Source: Haliotis cracherodii (Eukaryota). Taken from it: DNA of 64,000 bases. The notes under the pieces are model-generated. The model did not search any database and was not told the DNA's origin. It saw only the letters and a list, made by a program, of their open reading frames with translations. A program made the position numbers and the translations under genes. The stretch covers positions 77,376,001-77,440,000 of the forward strand of contig NW_027266264.1 in the NCBI RefSeq assembly GCF_022045235.1. The letters are read 5' to 3'. Positions 37,072-49,500 of the stretch are shown here, piece after piece; positions within the stretch are counted from its first letter, which is position 1; each line of letters opens with the position of its first letter.

Positions 37072-37360
37072 TGAACCCCTCTATGTTCTACAATATAACC
37101 GTTGGGCCTGAACCCCTCTATGTTCTACAATATAACCGTTGGGATTGATCCCCTCTATGTTCTACAATATAACCGATGGACCCGACCCCTTCTATGTTCT
37201 ACAATATGACAGTTGGACCTGACCCCCTCTATGTTCTACACTATGACCGTTGGGCCCGACACCCAGTGTGTTTTACAAGGTGAACTTGGGTCCGCCGTCA
37301 CTTCTATGTCATACACGATGACAATATGGTCCTGTGTTCTCTGTGTTCTACAAGGTGACC
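37072..37360. repeat. 37-bp minisatellite that decays rightwards
   Basis: gaacccctctatgttctacaatataaccgttgggcct, repeated. Confidence 0.9.
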
Positions 37361-38817
37361 AGTGGACCAAGACGACGGTTTGGCAGGTCTATATCTACCA
37401 CAGCCATCCCCCCCTCCCCACCCCCCTACGCCTGCTACTTTTTACTCCACTATTATCACCGTCGAGGGAAAAACGTTATCAAATCCAAACAAACGACGCT
37501 GCATCCTGATATGGCTTCGACGTTATGCTACATCGGTATAATGGCGTTTGGGTTGACCCTAACCTTGATAGTGCTTTCGACGAAGAGAAACAGTAATATT
37601 GACACTCAAAGACTGGTGTACGTTCGCCGCATCTTTTGTTAAAATAAGGCACATGAGTTTCTTTTCAAAACTTCAGACATCACGTCATTTACTTGCCCGG
37701 GGTTACAGAAAGATACATAGGACTGACTCTTTATTGATACATTGATTACGGAAGTAGCCATAACGTAAGTACGGCATGAAAAGTCATCGACGTTGTCAGT
37801 AGCTCCGGCCATTTACCCACGTGTAATCGTGCATCGATCCATTCTTAAAAGGCGTAAATTTCACCTTTTAACAAAACGACTGCTCACTGTTTACGGTAAT
37901 TGCAAATATTACGCAATCAGCGTCGATGGAATATTTGTGTAGCGCACGGGTTTATAAGGCTAGGAGCGTGGATCTTTCCATCGGGCCAATTTTACCAGTA
38001 TGCCAATCTTTTGTTCATCGCATCGGCGGCGATCGTTTATTCTAACCTCATTGACATTTCACAGGCTGTTTAAAGCGTCCATTATACAATCATATCGTTA
38101 GGTGGTTTGTTTCGGTGGCTAGGTATTCTCGTTGGGATCTTCGATTTCTGCTGTGATGTGTTGACGATAAAGTGTAGTAAGTCGGCCTTATTAAGAAGGA
38201 CGTTTCTTTAGAATTCTGGTTACATTGTTAACCAGTTTGATGATGTTATTGTAAAATCATCACGATCTCGTAAAGTAACAGATTCAATTTCGTAATGACC
38301 CTGATTTGAAGATTGCGATGATTATGGTGATTGTTCCATAGAAACTGTTCAAAATATTGTCCAACCTTAATGTTCTTTAAATCATGCAAAATGGCATTTT
38401 AATGTTTAACCGCCTTGTTTTGTGTAGAAGTGAAATCTCCCTATTGCAATGATTTGCAATGGACAAATACCCATAACTTAGAGTCTACACAAAGGTTCGC
38501 AGTATACTGCGAGTTTGTTGTTATCTCCAGTAGACATCTGCGACGCAGCACTACACACAACCATAAATTTAGTTCTAAGACAAGGTAACTGAAAACTATT
38601 GGGGATTATAATATTCTGAAACCATCTGTACATGGCATTGAATTACTCTTGTTTCATTAAATAAACACGATATATATATTAAAAATATATGTTGTGTGTG
38701 CTACATGTTAAAAATGAATCAATACTGTGTTAGACCAAATTTGCATTTTCCAACGAAATATTATGAAGTACCCACTTATGCAGCATTGGTACCTACCACG
38801 AATGTCAATCATATCTA

Positions 38818-38999
38818 GACCCGTGAAGATCCGGGGTATAACAGATCTTTAGCGACCCATGCTTGCCGTATAAGGCGACTATGCTCGTCGTTAGAGGCGA
38901 CTGACGGGATCGGGTGGTCGAGCCTCGATTACTTTCGACCCGTCATCATTATATGGAATATTTCTGAGAGCGACGTTAAACAACAAACAAACAAACAAC
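38818..38999 (+). mobile_element. Family B copy with internal deletion
   Basis: Intact head gacccgtgaagatccgggg...gggatcgggtggtc joined to ctcgatta and the tail gacgttaaacaa(CAAA)n. Confidence 0.9.
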
Positions 39000-39467
39000 C
39001 TACAGCATACAAACAAACAACCATACAGCATACACACTGATAACAGCCCCAGAGCTAAGATTGTTTTATGAAATAGGACGCAGGGTCTCTAGATACATTG
39101 TCGAGGACTTGCTTTTATTATCATTTCAGTGTTTAGGAATGCACTTCATCACTATCGAGTCGCATGCAAGGACGTCATGGAATGATCCAGGCCTCAATGC
39201 GATCGGAGTGCTCGCAACAGGAGACGACGTGTTCACGTCATGTCGTCATTGCTGTAACAGAATGTGCAGATCGTTAATTAATTTGCACTCTTAATTTCCC
39301 TTTGTCGCTGGTATAAACTTCTTTACGGGTTTTTGACACGATGTTAACACACCTTTCAAATTTGGAGTGTTTTTTATGAGTGAGTGAGTCAGTTAGTTTT
39401 GAACAGTATTTTTAGCAATAGCACGGCGAGTTAGCTTAATGTGTGTTTCGAATCCTGGATTAGTAAA

Positions 39468-39593
39468 ATAACGTCAAGGCCAGAGAATAACCACCCATTA
39501 TCCGATGACACAGATTCTATTAGGCTTGAAAAGGCAAAATAGCAGTAAAAATTATCTGAATGAATCACTGAAAATCAGCGATGATACAAGGTC
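39468..39593 (-). mobile_element. Family E remnant
   Basis: acgtcaaggccagagaat...aaaaggcaaaatagcag...gaatgaatcactgaaaatcagcgatgatacaagg. Confidence 0.7.
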
Positions 39594-41089
39594 ACTTGAT
39601 ATAATGGGAATCTCATAATTTACTCTGCTTTTGGTAGACATATCCTTTGATTATGGAAAGCGTGTTTATTATGACCATGGGAAGATTTGTGTCGCATGTA
39701 TCTTTGTATACATTCACAGTCCCAATGTGTCGATTCTAATTTAGTGTGAAACCAACAACCAACCAACAAATGATACACAATCAACTATTGTATTACAAAA
39801 TTAACTAGGTTTACAACACAGCAATTACAATAGTACACAATAGAGCCTTATTGTCATAGCAGTGGCATAGCAGTGGCAATAACAATGACAAGAATAATAA
39901 TCCCCTCAACAGCAAATCCCGCAACAGAGGTCAAGCTTCCGAGAGAGGCCAAGGCTAGGAATCCAGGGTTAAATGTGATCTTCACACAAAAGCTGTTCTT
40001 GATGTAATGTGAGATGAAATGTCAGGTGAAATGTGACATGAGACAGGCACGCGCCCGCTCCACTTATACAGTCTAACTAGCTTCCAGCACTTTCCACACA
40101 GTGCTTGGCCAGTCCAGCGTCACTTGAACATTACAGAATATTCCACATTTTCTGTAACGCTTGACATCCATCCATCTATGATATTCTGGAAGTTTACAGG
40201 TAATACACGTATCTAAATATAATAACTCGCCACTGTTTACATTAAATAGAAATATATTCATGACAACTAATCATCGTGCAAATACAATGTAATGAACGTC
40301 TACTGCACCTCGCCAGAAACAATGTAATTCAGTAACTGTTACAATCATTGTTTAACAATATATTACACTGCCATATAACAATGTAACAAAAACGTAACGG
40401 TAGTTAACGATAACACCCGCCACGTGTATGAGCCAACACAACTTTCCACTGGTAAATAACACAACCTTTCAAGGTAAAACGTTATCAAGGGTGTGGAGAA
40501 ATTGCCACTTCGTTAAATTTGAAGTAAATGATTACAGTGGTGTTGGTTCCTTGTGGTACTTTCATTTCCGGAGAGAGAATACTGACATTGCAATGAATGT
40601 TAAGACTTACAATGTTAACATTTTGGAACATGTTACAGTTCCAAAAGTAACGAAAACCAACCCGGGTTTAAATGTGAAATGTTTCGAAGGTTAACTTAAT
40701 TAGGTTTGATATGAACGTACACCTTTATAGACACATTCTAAAATACGTAAGAACTGATTCAGATATGTGGACAATATGCGTTACAAGTCCGCTGTTCAGT
40801 TTGTTTCCTACTACAAAATAGTGACGTATCTGTTTGGCACCAAACTAACCCCATTGTCTCAACCAGCATATTATAGCAATCGTTATCCGAATCGATCCCA
40901 CCAAATTCCTCAAATAACAATGATGGTAATCATAAACGAAAACACAAGAACCCCATCAGTAACAAAGCGGCAATCAGATTACCAACTGATCAGAGGCAAA
41001 GACGTTAGAACTATTTCAAATTGTACCCCATTATGCCGACTTAGCCAAAGTTGCTTGTCCGTGGATCTCATTGCAAGCCTTTAAGTGGC

Positions 41090-41430
41090 TGTGAAAGTAT
41101 TGTTACAAAACTATACCGTGGCCATAAAGGCGTGGTTGTCCTTTTTAACCATGTCTTTCATGACCGTTTAATACGCTCTGCAGTGCGTAATACACCACAC
41201 AGAAGATGCAATAACGGCTTTTGCTTGATTGATCGACCAACGATGAAAGTGAAAACATTTCGATCCCGAAAGAATGGTGTGTGCTAGTTTGGACGGCATT
41301 CAAGGTGAAAAGGGGAATTACGTTCCACACAAACATGGATGTTGATAGTTGTAAGTTGGGCAGCGTGAATAATTCTTTTTGATATCATTAACAATGGCCG
41401 TTGCTTTGTGGATTTCTTGACCCCTGGTCA
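41090..41430 (+). mobile_element. Possible very decayed LINE apurinic-endonuclease fragment
   Basis: Peptides RGHKGVVVLF...DRLI and DIINNGRCFVDFL loosely echo the APE motifs RG.GGVAI and N.NG..L..F. Confidence 0.3.
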
Positions 41431-41962
41431 TTTGCTAGGCGTCACAGTTTCCAGCCAAACAGGACATTGTTGAATTGCAGTGACGTGGTTATCAAGAAGC
41501 AATTACTCGACTGGTCGAATTTGTGAAAATATTTGGTAGTACTTAAAGCAAGTTTGAAGTCATTGATATCAACTGTCACATTCGTTAAATGTTCGACACA
41601 GCGGTCAAGATTAAAGACAAGCGTTGTGGTCAGCAATGGAGCATTCTCTATTGATATGACATTAAGTAGAAGTATAAATTCTCCATTGTTAGATTGATTT
41701 GAGGATTTATTGGTATCCAATGTCGCTACTTGTCGATATCTGGCTTAGCTTTACTTTCAAAGAGTCGGTGAAACATATTAAACGGCGGTGCATCTAGGTT
41801 TTTGTCAGTATGTGGAAATACCTTTTCCTCCGTTAAGGTTTCTGGTACCGTGCAGTAAGTTTACATAGATTTGTTTCTGCAGTTTAACTACACAAGGGAA
41901 CAATGATAAGTCACTGTTTAGTACGGCTCAGGGCACAATAGTTCACATGTCGACAACTCAGA

Positions 41963-42301
41963 GGTGAGATGAGGTGAGGTGAAATGGGGTTTAACGTCGC
42001 GTCAAAGATGATATCACTTATATAGCGACGTGCATGCACGTGAATGTGTGTGTGCTTGTACTAGCCCGGACTGATGCCGATTTTACAGTTCTAGCCCACT
42101 GAAATACCGCAGTTGAACATGAATACCCCACTCAGATTCCGAGCCGACCAGTCCTTGTTTTAGCCCCTTAATGCCGAGTGCCAGACAGGGTAACAACAAG
42201 TACCATCTTTTAACGTCTTTTGGTATGACGCGGCCGGGAATCGAATCCCAGACCTTCCGCTCTCCGGGCAGACGCTCTACCACTCGACCACGGGGGCGGT
42301 T
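41963..42301 (-). mobile_element. SINE family D, full length with 13-bp TSD
   Basis: tcgacaactcaga at 41950-41962 and 42302-42314. tRNA-like head; central gtcataccaaaagacgttaaaagatggtacttgttgttaccctgtctggcactcggcattaaggg, which I recall as Meta-domain-like; internal CA-rich tract; (CACCT)n tail. Confidence 0.95.
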
Positions 42302-42431
42302 TCGACAACTCAGAAAGTAAGCATTGGAAAAAAGTGATTTAAAAAAATGTTTACTCACATGTCTCGCTTGAATAGGTGTTTTATAAAAACAAAACGATAA
42401 TAGTTCATAACCCGATACTTGGTACTTTAGC

Positions 42432-42600
42432 GCCGGGGCTAAGTGATCTCCAGCATCCTTGCTTGTTGTAAGAAGCGACTAAAATAAGGATCAGATGATT
42501 GTAAACCTGTTTCATCAATATCTATTCATGATATCAATCACTGGGCCGTCTTGCTAACAGAAGACTATACACTAGACACCGCCAAAAGAAACGCGAACAA
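42432..42600 (+). mobile_element. Old family B relative
   Basis: tgcttgttgtaagaagcgactaa...ggatcag...tcatgatatcaatcactgg. Confidence 0.6.
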
Positions 42601-43612
42601 TAGTAACATATAGAGAAGTATGTACGTTAAGAAGAGATGTTTCCAATGTGTCCCAATTAATGAAAAAAACAAACAAACAGTCAAGTGCTACCACAGAGTG
42701 ACTTTATTCTTATTACGAAATGCTGCACGTGATTTCCAAACTGCACGAGACAAATGGTGCATCTCGGGTCATGGATCTATGACGTCACATGTGATACGTT
42801 CATGAGCATCTGTTCACGAAACATACCACTATGTTCGTTTGTACATCGAACCAACCAAATATCATTTAATATGATTAAATCTTCATATATTAACCAACAT
42901 GCACGGTATTCGCGTTCTTTTAGCGGTTAATATGTTACGAGCATCGCGCAAGCTTCTTTTACGATGTGTTTTCCATTTATCAACACTTTCACGCACGTTT
43001 TAGACCCACAATAGCAGCGGAGTGATCATTGAAACATATTTCTTAAAACTTGCAACATACATGTCCACATACATCGTGATGGCGACTCCTGTGATACCCA
43101 TCAGTCATATTACAACAACACAGACCAGTCGACCGTCAATCGAATCTGTTCACTTTATTTCTGTGTCCATCTGGTGCGGACCTCTCATATTTAATACAAA
43201 GCGTGGTTAGAGCCTGGCGGTATAAAACTCTCGTTAGAATCGATCTGATCCCTAGGAGAAGGTGATTAGTGGAAATATCTCGATCTCTGACCACATGAGT
43301 CACACATGAAAGGCAACGTCAACATCAAACTTGGCTCTTGTCCTGTTTGACTGCTGGCATGTCAATTATGCAATCTGTAACCGAGGCATGTCGTTGCGCA
43401 GCTGGGACAGACACCGCTGTATATATACATCGTATGTATGTGTCAGGCAGTGGCTTGGGAGTGTACAGTGTGTGATCACAGGCAGGGTTTTCAGCATATT
43501 AATTAATTTATACTACTAAAAAATGTCAAAGACCGCCCGATTTTTTCAAGTGTTTACTCACATGTTTTGCTTGAAGAGGTACATGTACTACAGTAAATGG
43601 GTATTGCGATGA

Positions 43613-43754
43613 GGGGCGGTGCGTTCACTCGTCACGCAAAAGGCCCGGGTTCGATTCCCCCGTGGGTACAATGTGTGAAGCTCATTTCTGGTGTCCCCAC
43701 CCGTGATATTGCTGGAATATTGCTAAAATCAGCGTAAAACCATACTCACTCACT
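43613..43754 (+). mobile_element. Family A SINE lacking its A box
   Basis: ggggcggtg joined to cgttcactcgtcacgc; the rest is canonical. Confidence 0.92.
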
Positions 43755-44609
43755 AACTTCAATGCGATGACAGATTAACTACAATAATATGAAAGAATCG
43801 GTAGTCCTTAATTGTTTTGAGTAGGATTATAGAAGTATATGATAAAAGATCAGAAAAACCGTTCACGTTTTGTCTATAGGACTATGTCTTTAGGGAACGT
43901 TCACATAAAGCACCATGTAAACATATGGACACAAATCCACATCCACGTTTCGTTAATCAATACCCTTTCTAGTGATGTTGATATTAACAGGGTTTCGCTG
44001 TATAGAGGTCGCGAAGAGTTGTTCTTGAATATATGACCCCAACGAATATAATTTGGGAGATGTACAAAACCCTTGCGATATTCACGTTGATCTAGTCGAT
44101 ATCTTGCTTCTTTCCATCGTTGTATAATGAGCGGACACACTTACTCTCTGGTTACCGATCGATGGGAGTTATGTGGGGCTAACGTGCCAGTTTCTCTATC
44201 AATATCGCTTACTCTTCCGGAGTATTCGTGTGCATGTGTATAACACACAAGGTACTAATGTCTTACTTCACGTAGCAAAACATTTCTCCAGGCTATAATG
44301 GTACAGGTTATATTTCACAATGCTTGTACGAGGTCAATTACAAAAAGTTAGTTTCTTCTGCAAAGTTTCAATATAAGATTATATGATTTATGTAAAGGCA
44401 GCATTAATACGCTGTTGGCTTTAATTTCTACAAAGCTTATTATAATTGATAAAAAGCGCGACAGCTAGGTACTGTTTGGGTTTACCGGCTTTAAACATTT
44501 CGCTAATACTAACACGCAATTAGATGACCCAGTCCATGCATAGCAGTATTTATTCGAACAGATACTTCAAACGTGTTTCTGGCTCTTACCTTGATTCTGG
44601 TCACAGGTA

Positions 44610-44800
44610 CACAACGTCACAAGGTGCTACCGGTAGGGCAGGCCATGCTTCCCTTTTTCGCGAACACCTGGTGTCATCACTGATTTTCAGTGATCCATTC
44701 ATATAAATTTCACCGCTGTTTTGCCTTTTGCGCGCAGTGGAATGTGTTTATTCAGATAATCGAGACTGGTCATTCTCTGGCGTTGACGTTTAACTTTCAA
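44610..44800 (+). mobile_element. Family E, best-preserved copy
   Basis: ggtgctaccggtagggcagg...ttcgcgaacacctggtgtcatcactgattttcagtgat...cgagactggtcattctctggcgttgacgt. Also present at 47235-47410 and 49333-49508. Confidence 0.75.
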
Positions 44801-45500
44801 AATGAACAATGCCTGGTCTATTGTGATGTAATGTGATGTGATTGTCACATATTTTTAAATCCTGGATCAGCCTTTTTTCCATGCATGTGTGTTTATTCAA
44901 AATTGCGGAAGACCACGACCTGCGTCACTTTGTGTGTTCTCACAAAATAAAACTTACAAGCAGTGTTCCAGCCATCTTCCACATTCACGACGAAATAGAT
45001 GGGAACGGTATCTCGCATTGGATACTGAAGTAATGTTGGCCTTAAATTCCATAATTTTAGTTTCAACTATTTCTGGAGCTAAATATAGAAAGACCCCAGA
45101 CAAATGAATAGTTTCTTCTAGTGTCTACTTAATGTGAGTGTATGTACAAGGAATGTCATGTGAATATAAGTGATACATACTCCACATAGCTAAACGCAGA
45201 CTTGAGCCAAAGCGGATGTTTTTGAAGCTAATATGGCGCACACTCCAAAACAAATTAATAAGTACTAGTATTCATATCAGGGGTAATATGTTACATGGCA
45301 GGAAACATTTGGTGTTTGTCCACACGAAGCTCAGTAGATTATATCTTGGCACCAATACCGCGAGTTCTCGGTATGCATTCCTACTATTTTCGTAGTTCTG
45401 TGCATGACTTCCAACACCAGAACAACTTCCATCAAGAAGCAACATCATGATGCGCTAGCCTTAAACGAAGCATTCCTGGAACATGTTTTACGAAAGCAGT

Positions 45501-45738
45501 AGATCCGGGGTAGAATAGGTCTTCAGCCACCCATGCTTGTCGTAAGAGGCAACTTACGGGATCGGGTGGTCAGGCTCGCTGACTTGATTGATGCATGTCA
45601 TCCTATCCCAATTACGTGGATCGATGCTCATGATGTCAATCACTGGATTGTCTGGTCCAGACTCTATCATTTACAGACCGCCGTCATATAGCTGGAATAT
45701 TGCTGAGTGTGGCGTTAAATAACAAACAAACAAACAAA
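45501..45738 (+). mobile_element. Family B short retroposon (single-hairpin subtype)
   Basis: agatccggggtagaataggtcttcagccacccatgcttgtcgtaagaggcaacttacgggatc ... ggcgttaaataa(CAAA)n. Confidence 0.95.
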
Positions 45739-46501
45739 GCAAGACCCCTGAATGTTTCTACATCAGCTGTCACACCTGTGAAACAAATGTCACGGCTCCA
45801 TAAGGGCCAACGTTCGTTCTTGGATACGTCAACTCAAACTTCTGGGAGCATGAGGAAGGCTCCTGCAGAAGGACAGATAGATATTGCCCCTTAACCAAAT
45901 AGAAGAAATTGGCCCAGGTAGTGTTCCTGATGACAATTCAAGCTAATTACTTGCTCGAGGTCTCAGTCGTACAAGAACATGAAACGTTCATCAACGAGAA
46001 TCATACTGTGCGGTCCTCCTGCAACATAAATATTATCTGAGCATACATAATATTTGTTGCAGATATTACAAGCACTGGATCTGACATATGAAACAATAAT
46101 TTAAAAGTGTGATAATCTCTGAAGGTGGTGTGGAACCTCGTGTTGGTATCATCCATTAATATTTCAATAATAAGCTGCCTGCTGAAATCCGCTTCCCTTG
46201 ATCAAGATGCTGAATCCGTAGCTGGAGCTGTTGGATGTAACAGAAGTCAGTCTGCGTCTCAGCCACGGATCTTATAAGACGCTCTTGCTTTAGGTTTTCT
46301 AAGGTGAAGCTGAAACAAAAACATTGACAGACAGATCATGTAGCATCACTTATTCTCAATAATGTTACGGAGATCGTAAAAAAGGTAGGTAGAATCGTTT
46401 ACACTCGTTAAACGTCGCAACGACACGTGCACGTAGCTCTCATGTCCTGAACGAGTGACGGTTTCGAATCTGACTCATTGCGCGGAACAGTGATAGTGAT
46501 A

Positions 46502-49500
46502 TCAGATAGTGATGATGTCAGTTTGAACTGTATGGAAATGAGAACAATATTGATTCAAATATCATTAGATGAGAGAATCCATTAACAAACTTATTAACGT
46601 TCATCATGATGGTTTTGATATTCTTTGAATGGCGGCTTCAGGCTTTACAAGAATAAAATATTACAAATGATGATTTCAATTTCTTAAAATCAATCACAAT
46701 AAATTAGATCCTAAAATACGCAATTCCCATTTTATTTCTGTTTAATGAATATCCTGTTCCTAAGTTAATGAAATTTTATTGAAATTCTGCCATGGAGCAT
46801 TTTCGTCCGAGGCCATTATTGTTATTCTATGTATTTGGCATATTTTTTTAACAAGTCCCATAATCAATACAATACGAACGACATGAATTTCATTTATGAT
46901 TAATTTGTCAGCCGAAGTTTAAAAGGAACTGTATTTTCTTTTCCATAGTGTATTATTTATGTTTCCTATTCGGTTTACAATGTAAGTATTTAATGATTCT
47001 TGAAGCCTGTAAGCTCGGTTGAGTTTTAGGTAGAAATGGACACGTGTTACATACTGTCTCTTACTTGGTGTCCAGACAGCGTGGTGTCTTACACCAAAGA
47101 CGTGGATCACAGCTCACGATAGTGTGTTACTGATCACTGGATTGTCTGGTCAAAATTCGATTGTTTTCAAGCGGTCGTCGTTTGGCAGGGGTATTGCTTG
47201 ATGCAGTGTTAAACAACAAACAAATTTTGAGAATGGCGGGTGATACTGGTAGGACTGAACACGAAACCTTTTTAGCGAACACCTAATGGCATCACTGATT
47301 TTCAGTGATTCATTTCTATAACTTGCATCACTATTTTGACCTTTACGTCTCATGGAAACTGTTTCCACAGATACCCGAGACTGATTATTCTCTGGCGTTG
47401 AGGGTTTAATTTACTCGTGAGTTAGTGAAATAGTTCCATGTTCCAGCACGTGTATCCCTGATATTGTACACGCGTCACAGCAATATAACGGTAAATCAGT
47501 GCCTCGCTCCGTATTTAGTGAGTACTACATCATGCAGCATCACTTCATAGGTTTGACTTAAAAATAATAAGCCGTATCTTACGTATATTTCCACACCACA
47601 CAAGGGCATGCTCAAAGCTCTATTATTACCCCGGTTACTGGATCAGTGTGCACTCAACAATCATTCTCAGCTCCCTGGGGGGAGTATGCAATCCAAGCTG
47701 CATGTTAGGTGCTGGAAGGCTAACAACCACATTGTCATCATACACACATATATGCATGTAGTTTATTTGTAATCATGTTGTAACTGATAACCCATAACAC
47801 AAAATAAAATAAACTATCATACTGCCCAAATGAACGAGCCAACCCTCTCACCACTAGGCCAGCCCACCTTCGTGTCACCATGGGGTACAGGACGTGTCCT
47901 AAACTAGTCTCCTGTCTACTGATATCTGGCGAAGTGACTATGGAAACGGTTAAAGTAATACGTATGTGTCCATTTCGCAGAAACTGTGTTGTCTTCACTT
48001 CTTGTGTTTCCCTTTGAATAATATACTCAAATGTGTCACTCGTTATTGTAGACGATATCCTAGACTTTCAGGCAACCTTCAGTGAATATTGGACGGATAT
48101 CTCATATTCATGGGATGAAATCCTAATTGTCACATCAATATTAATGAGATGATGTACTAGTAATTAATTGATTTCAACACAAATTCACACTGTTTAGTTG
48201 TAATTTATCTTGTTTTAAGATAAACCTTCTCCAAATACCATTTTTACAAAGTCATACAATTTCAAGCATACATTTTACTTTTTTCTAAGATTCTAAATAT
48301 TTGGCCCAATAATCTACTGAAGTTAAAGTCATTTCCAGCATTTTGATGTTTAGTTCCACAGCAGCAGGATATTTCAATCACGTCTATTGAAGGTTGATAG
48401 TTTCATTTGTGTGTGATCATTTAGGATTTGAAATGATAAACAGTTGATAACTGGTTTCTATACAATGGAGAAATAGACAAAGGTTTACTGACAAAACCCT
48501 TTCAATAATCAAAAGAGATATCTGCTTTTGGCATGCAGTTTAAGGAATCTCCGTTGTACTTTTACGACTTTATCACAAACAGGTGTTTATGAATCACTGT
48601 CAGATAGTGATGATGTCAATTAAAACCGTATGGAAATGAGAATGATATTGATTCAAATATCATTAGATGAGAGAATCCATTAACAAACTTATTAACGTTC
48701 ATCATGATGATTTTGATATTCCCTGAATGGCGGCTTCAGGCTTTACATGGATAAAATATTACAAATGATGATTTCAATTTCTTAAAATCAATCACAATAA
48801 ATTAGATCCTAAAATACGCAATTCCCATTTTATTTCTGTTTAATGAATATCCTGTTCCTAAGTTAATGAAATTTTATTGAAATTCTGCCATGGAGCATTT
48901 TCGTCCGAGGCCATTATTGTTATTCTATGTATTTGGCATATTTTTTTAACAAGTCCCATAATCAATACAATACGAACGACATGAATTTCATTTATGATTA
49001 ATTTGTCAGCCGAAGTTTAAAAGGAACTGTATTTTCTTTTCCATAGTTTATTATTTATGTTTCCTATTCGGTTTACAATGTAAGTATTTAATGATTCTTG
49101 AAGCCTGTAAGCTCGGTTGAGTTTTAGGTAGAAATGAACACGTGTTACATACTGTCTCTTACTTGGTGTCCAGACAGTGTGGTGTCGTACACCGAAGACG
49201 TGGATCACAGCTCACGATAGTGTGTTACTGATTACTGGATTGTTTGGTCAAAATTCGATTGTTTTCAAGCGGTCGTCGTTTGGCAGGGGTATTGCTTGAT
49301 GCAGTGTATAAACAACAAACAAATTTTGAGAATGGCGGGTGATACTGGTAGGACTAAACACGAAACCTTTTCGCGAACACCTAATGGCATCACTGATTTT
49401 CAGTGATTCATTTCTATAACTTGTATCACTATTTTGACCTTTACGTCCCATGGAAACTGTTTCCACAGATACCCGAGACTGATTATTCTCTGTCGTTGAG

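Noticed and set aside
46919-49466. Duplicated short ORFs suggesting a tandem gene pair
   Set aside because: They are short frames over TE remnants, copied passively by the segmental duplication, and one pair differs by frameshifts.
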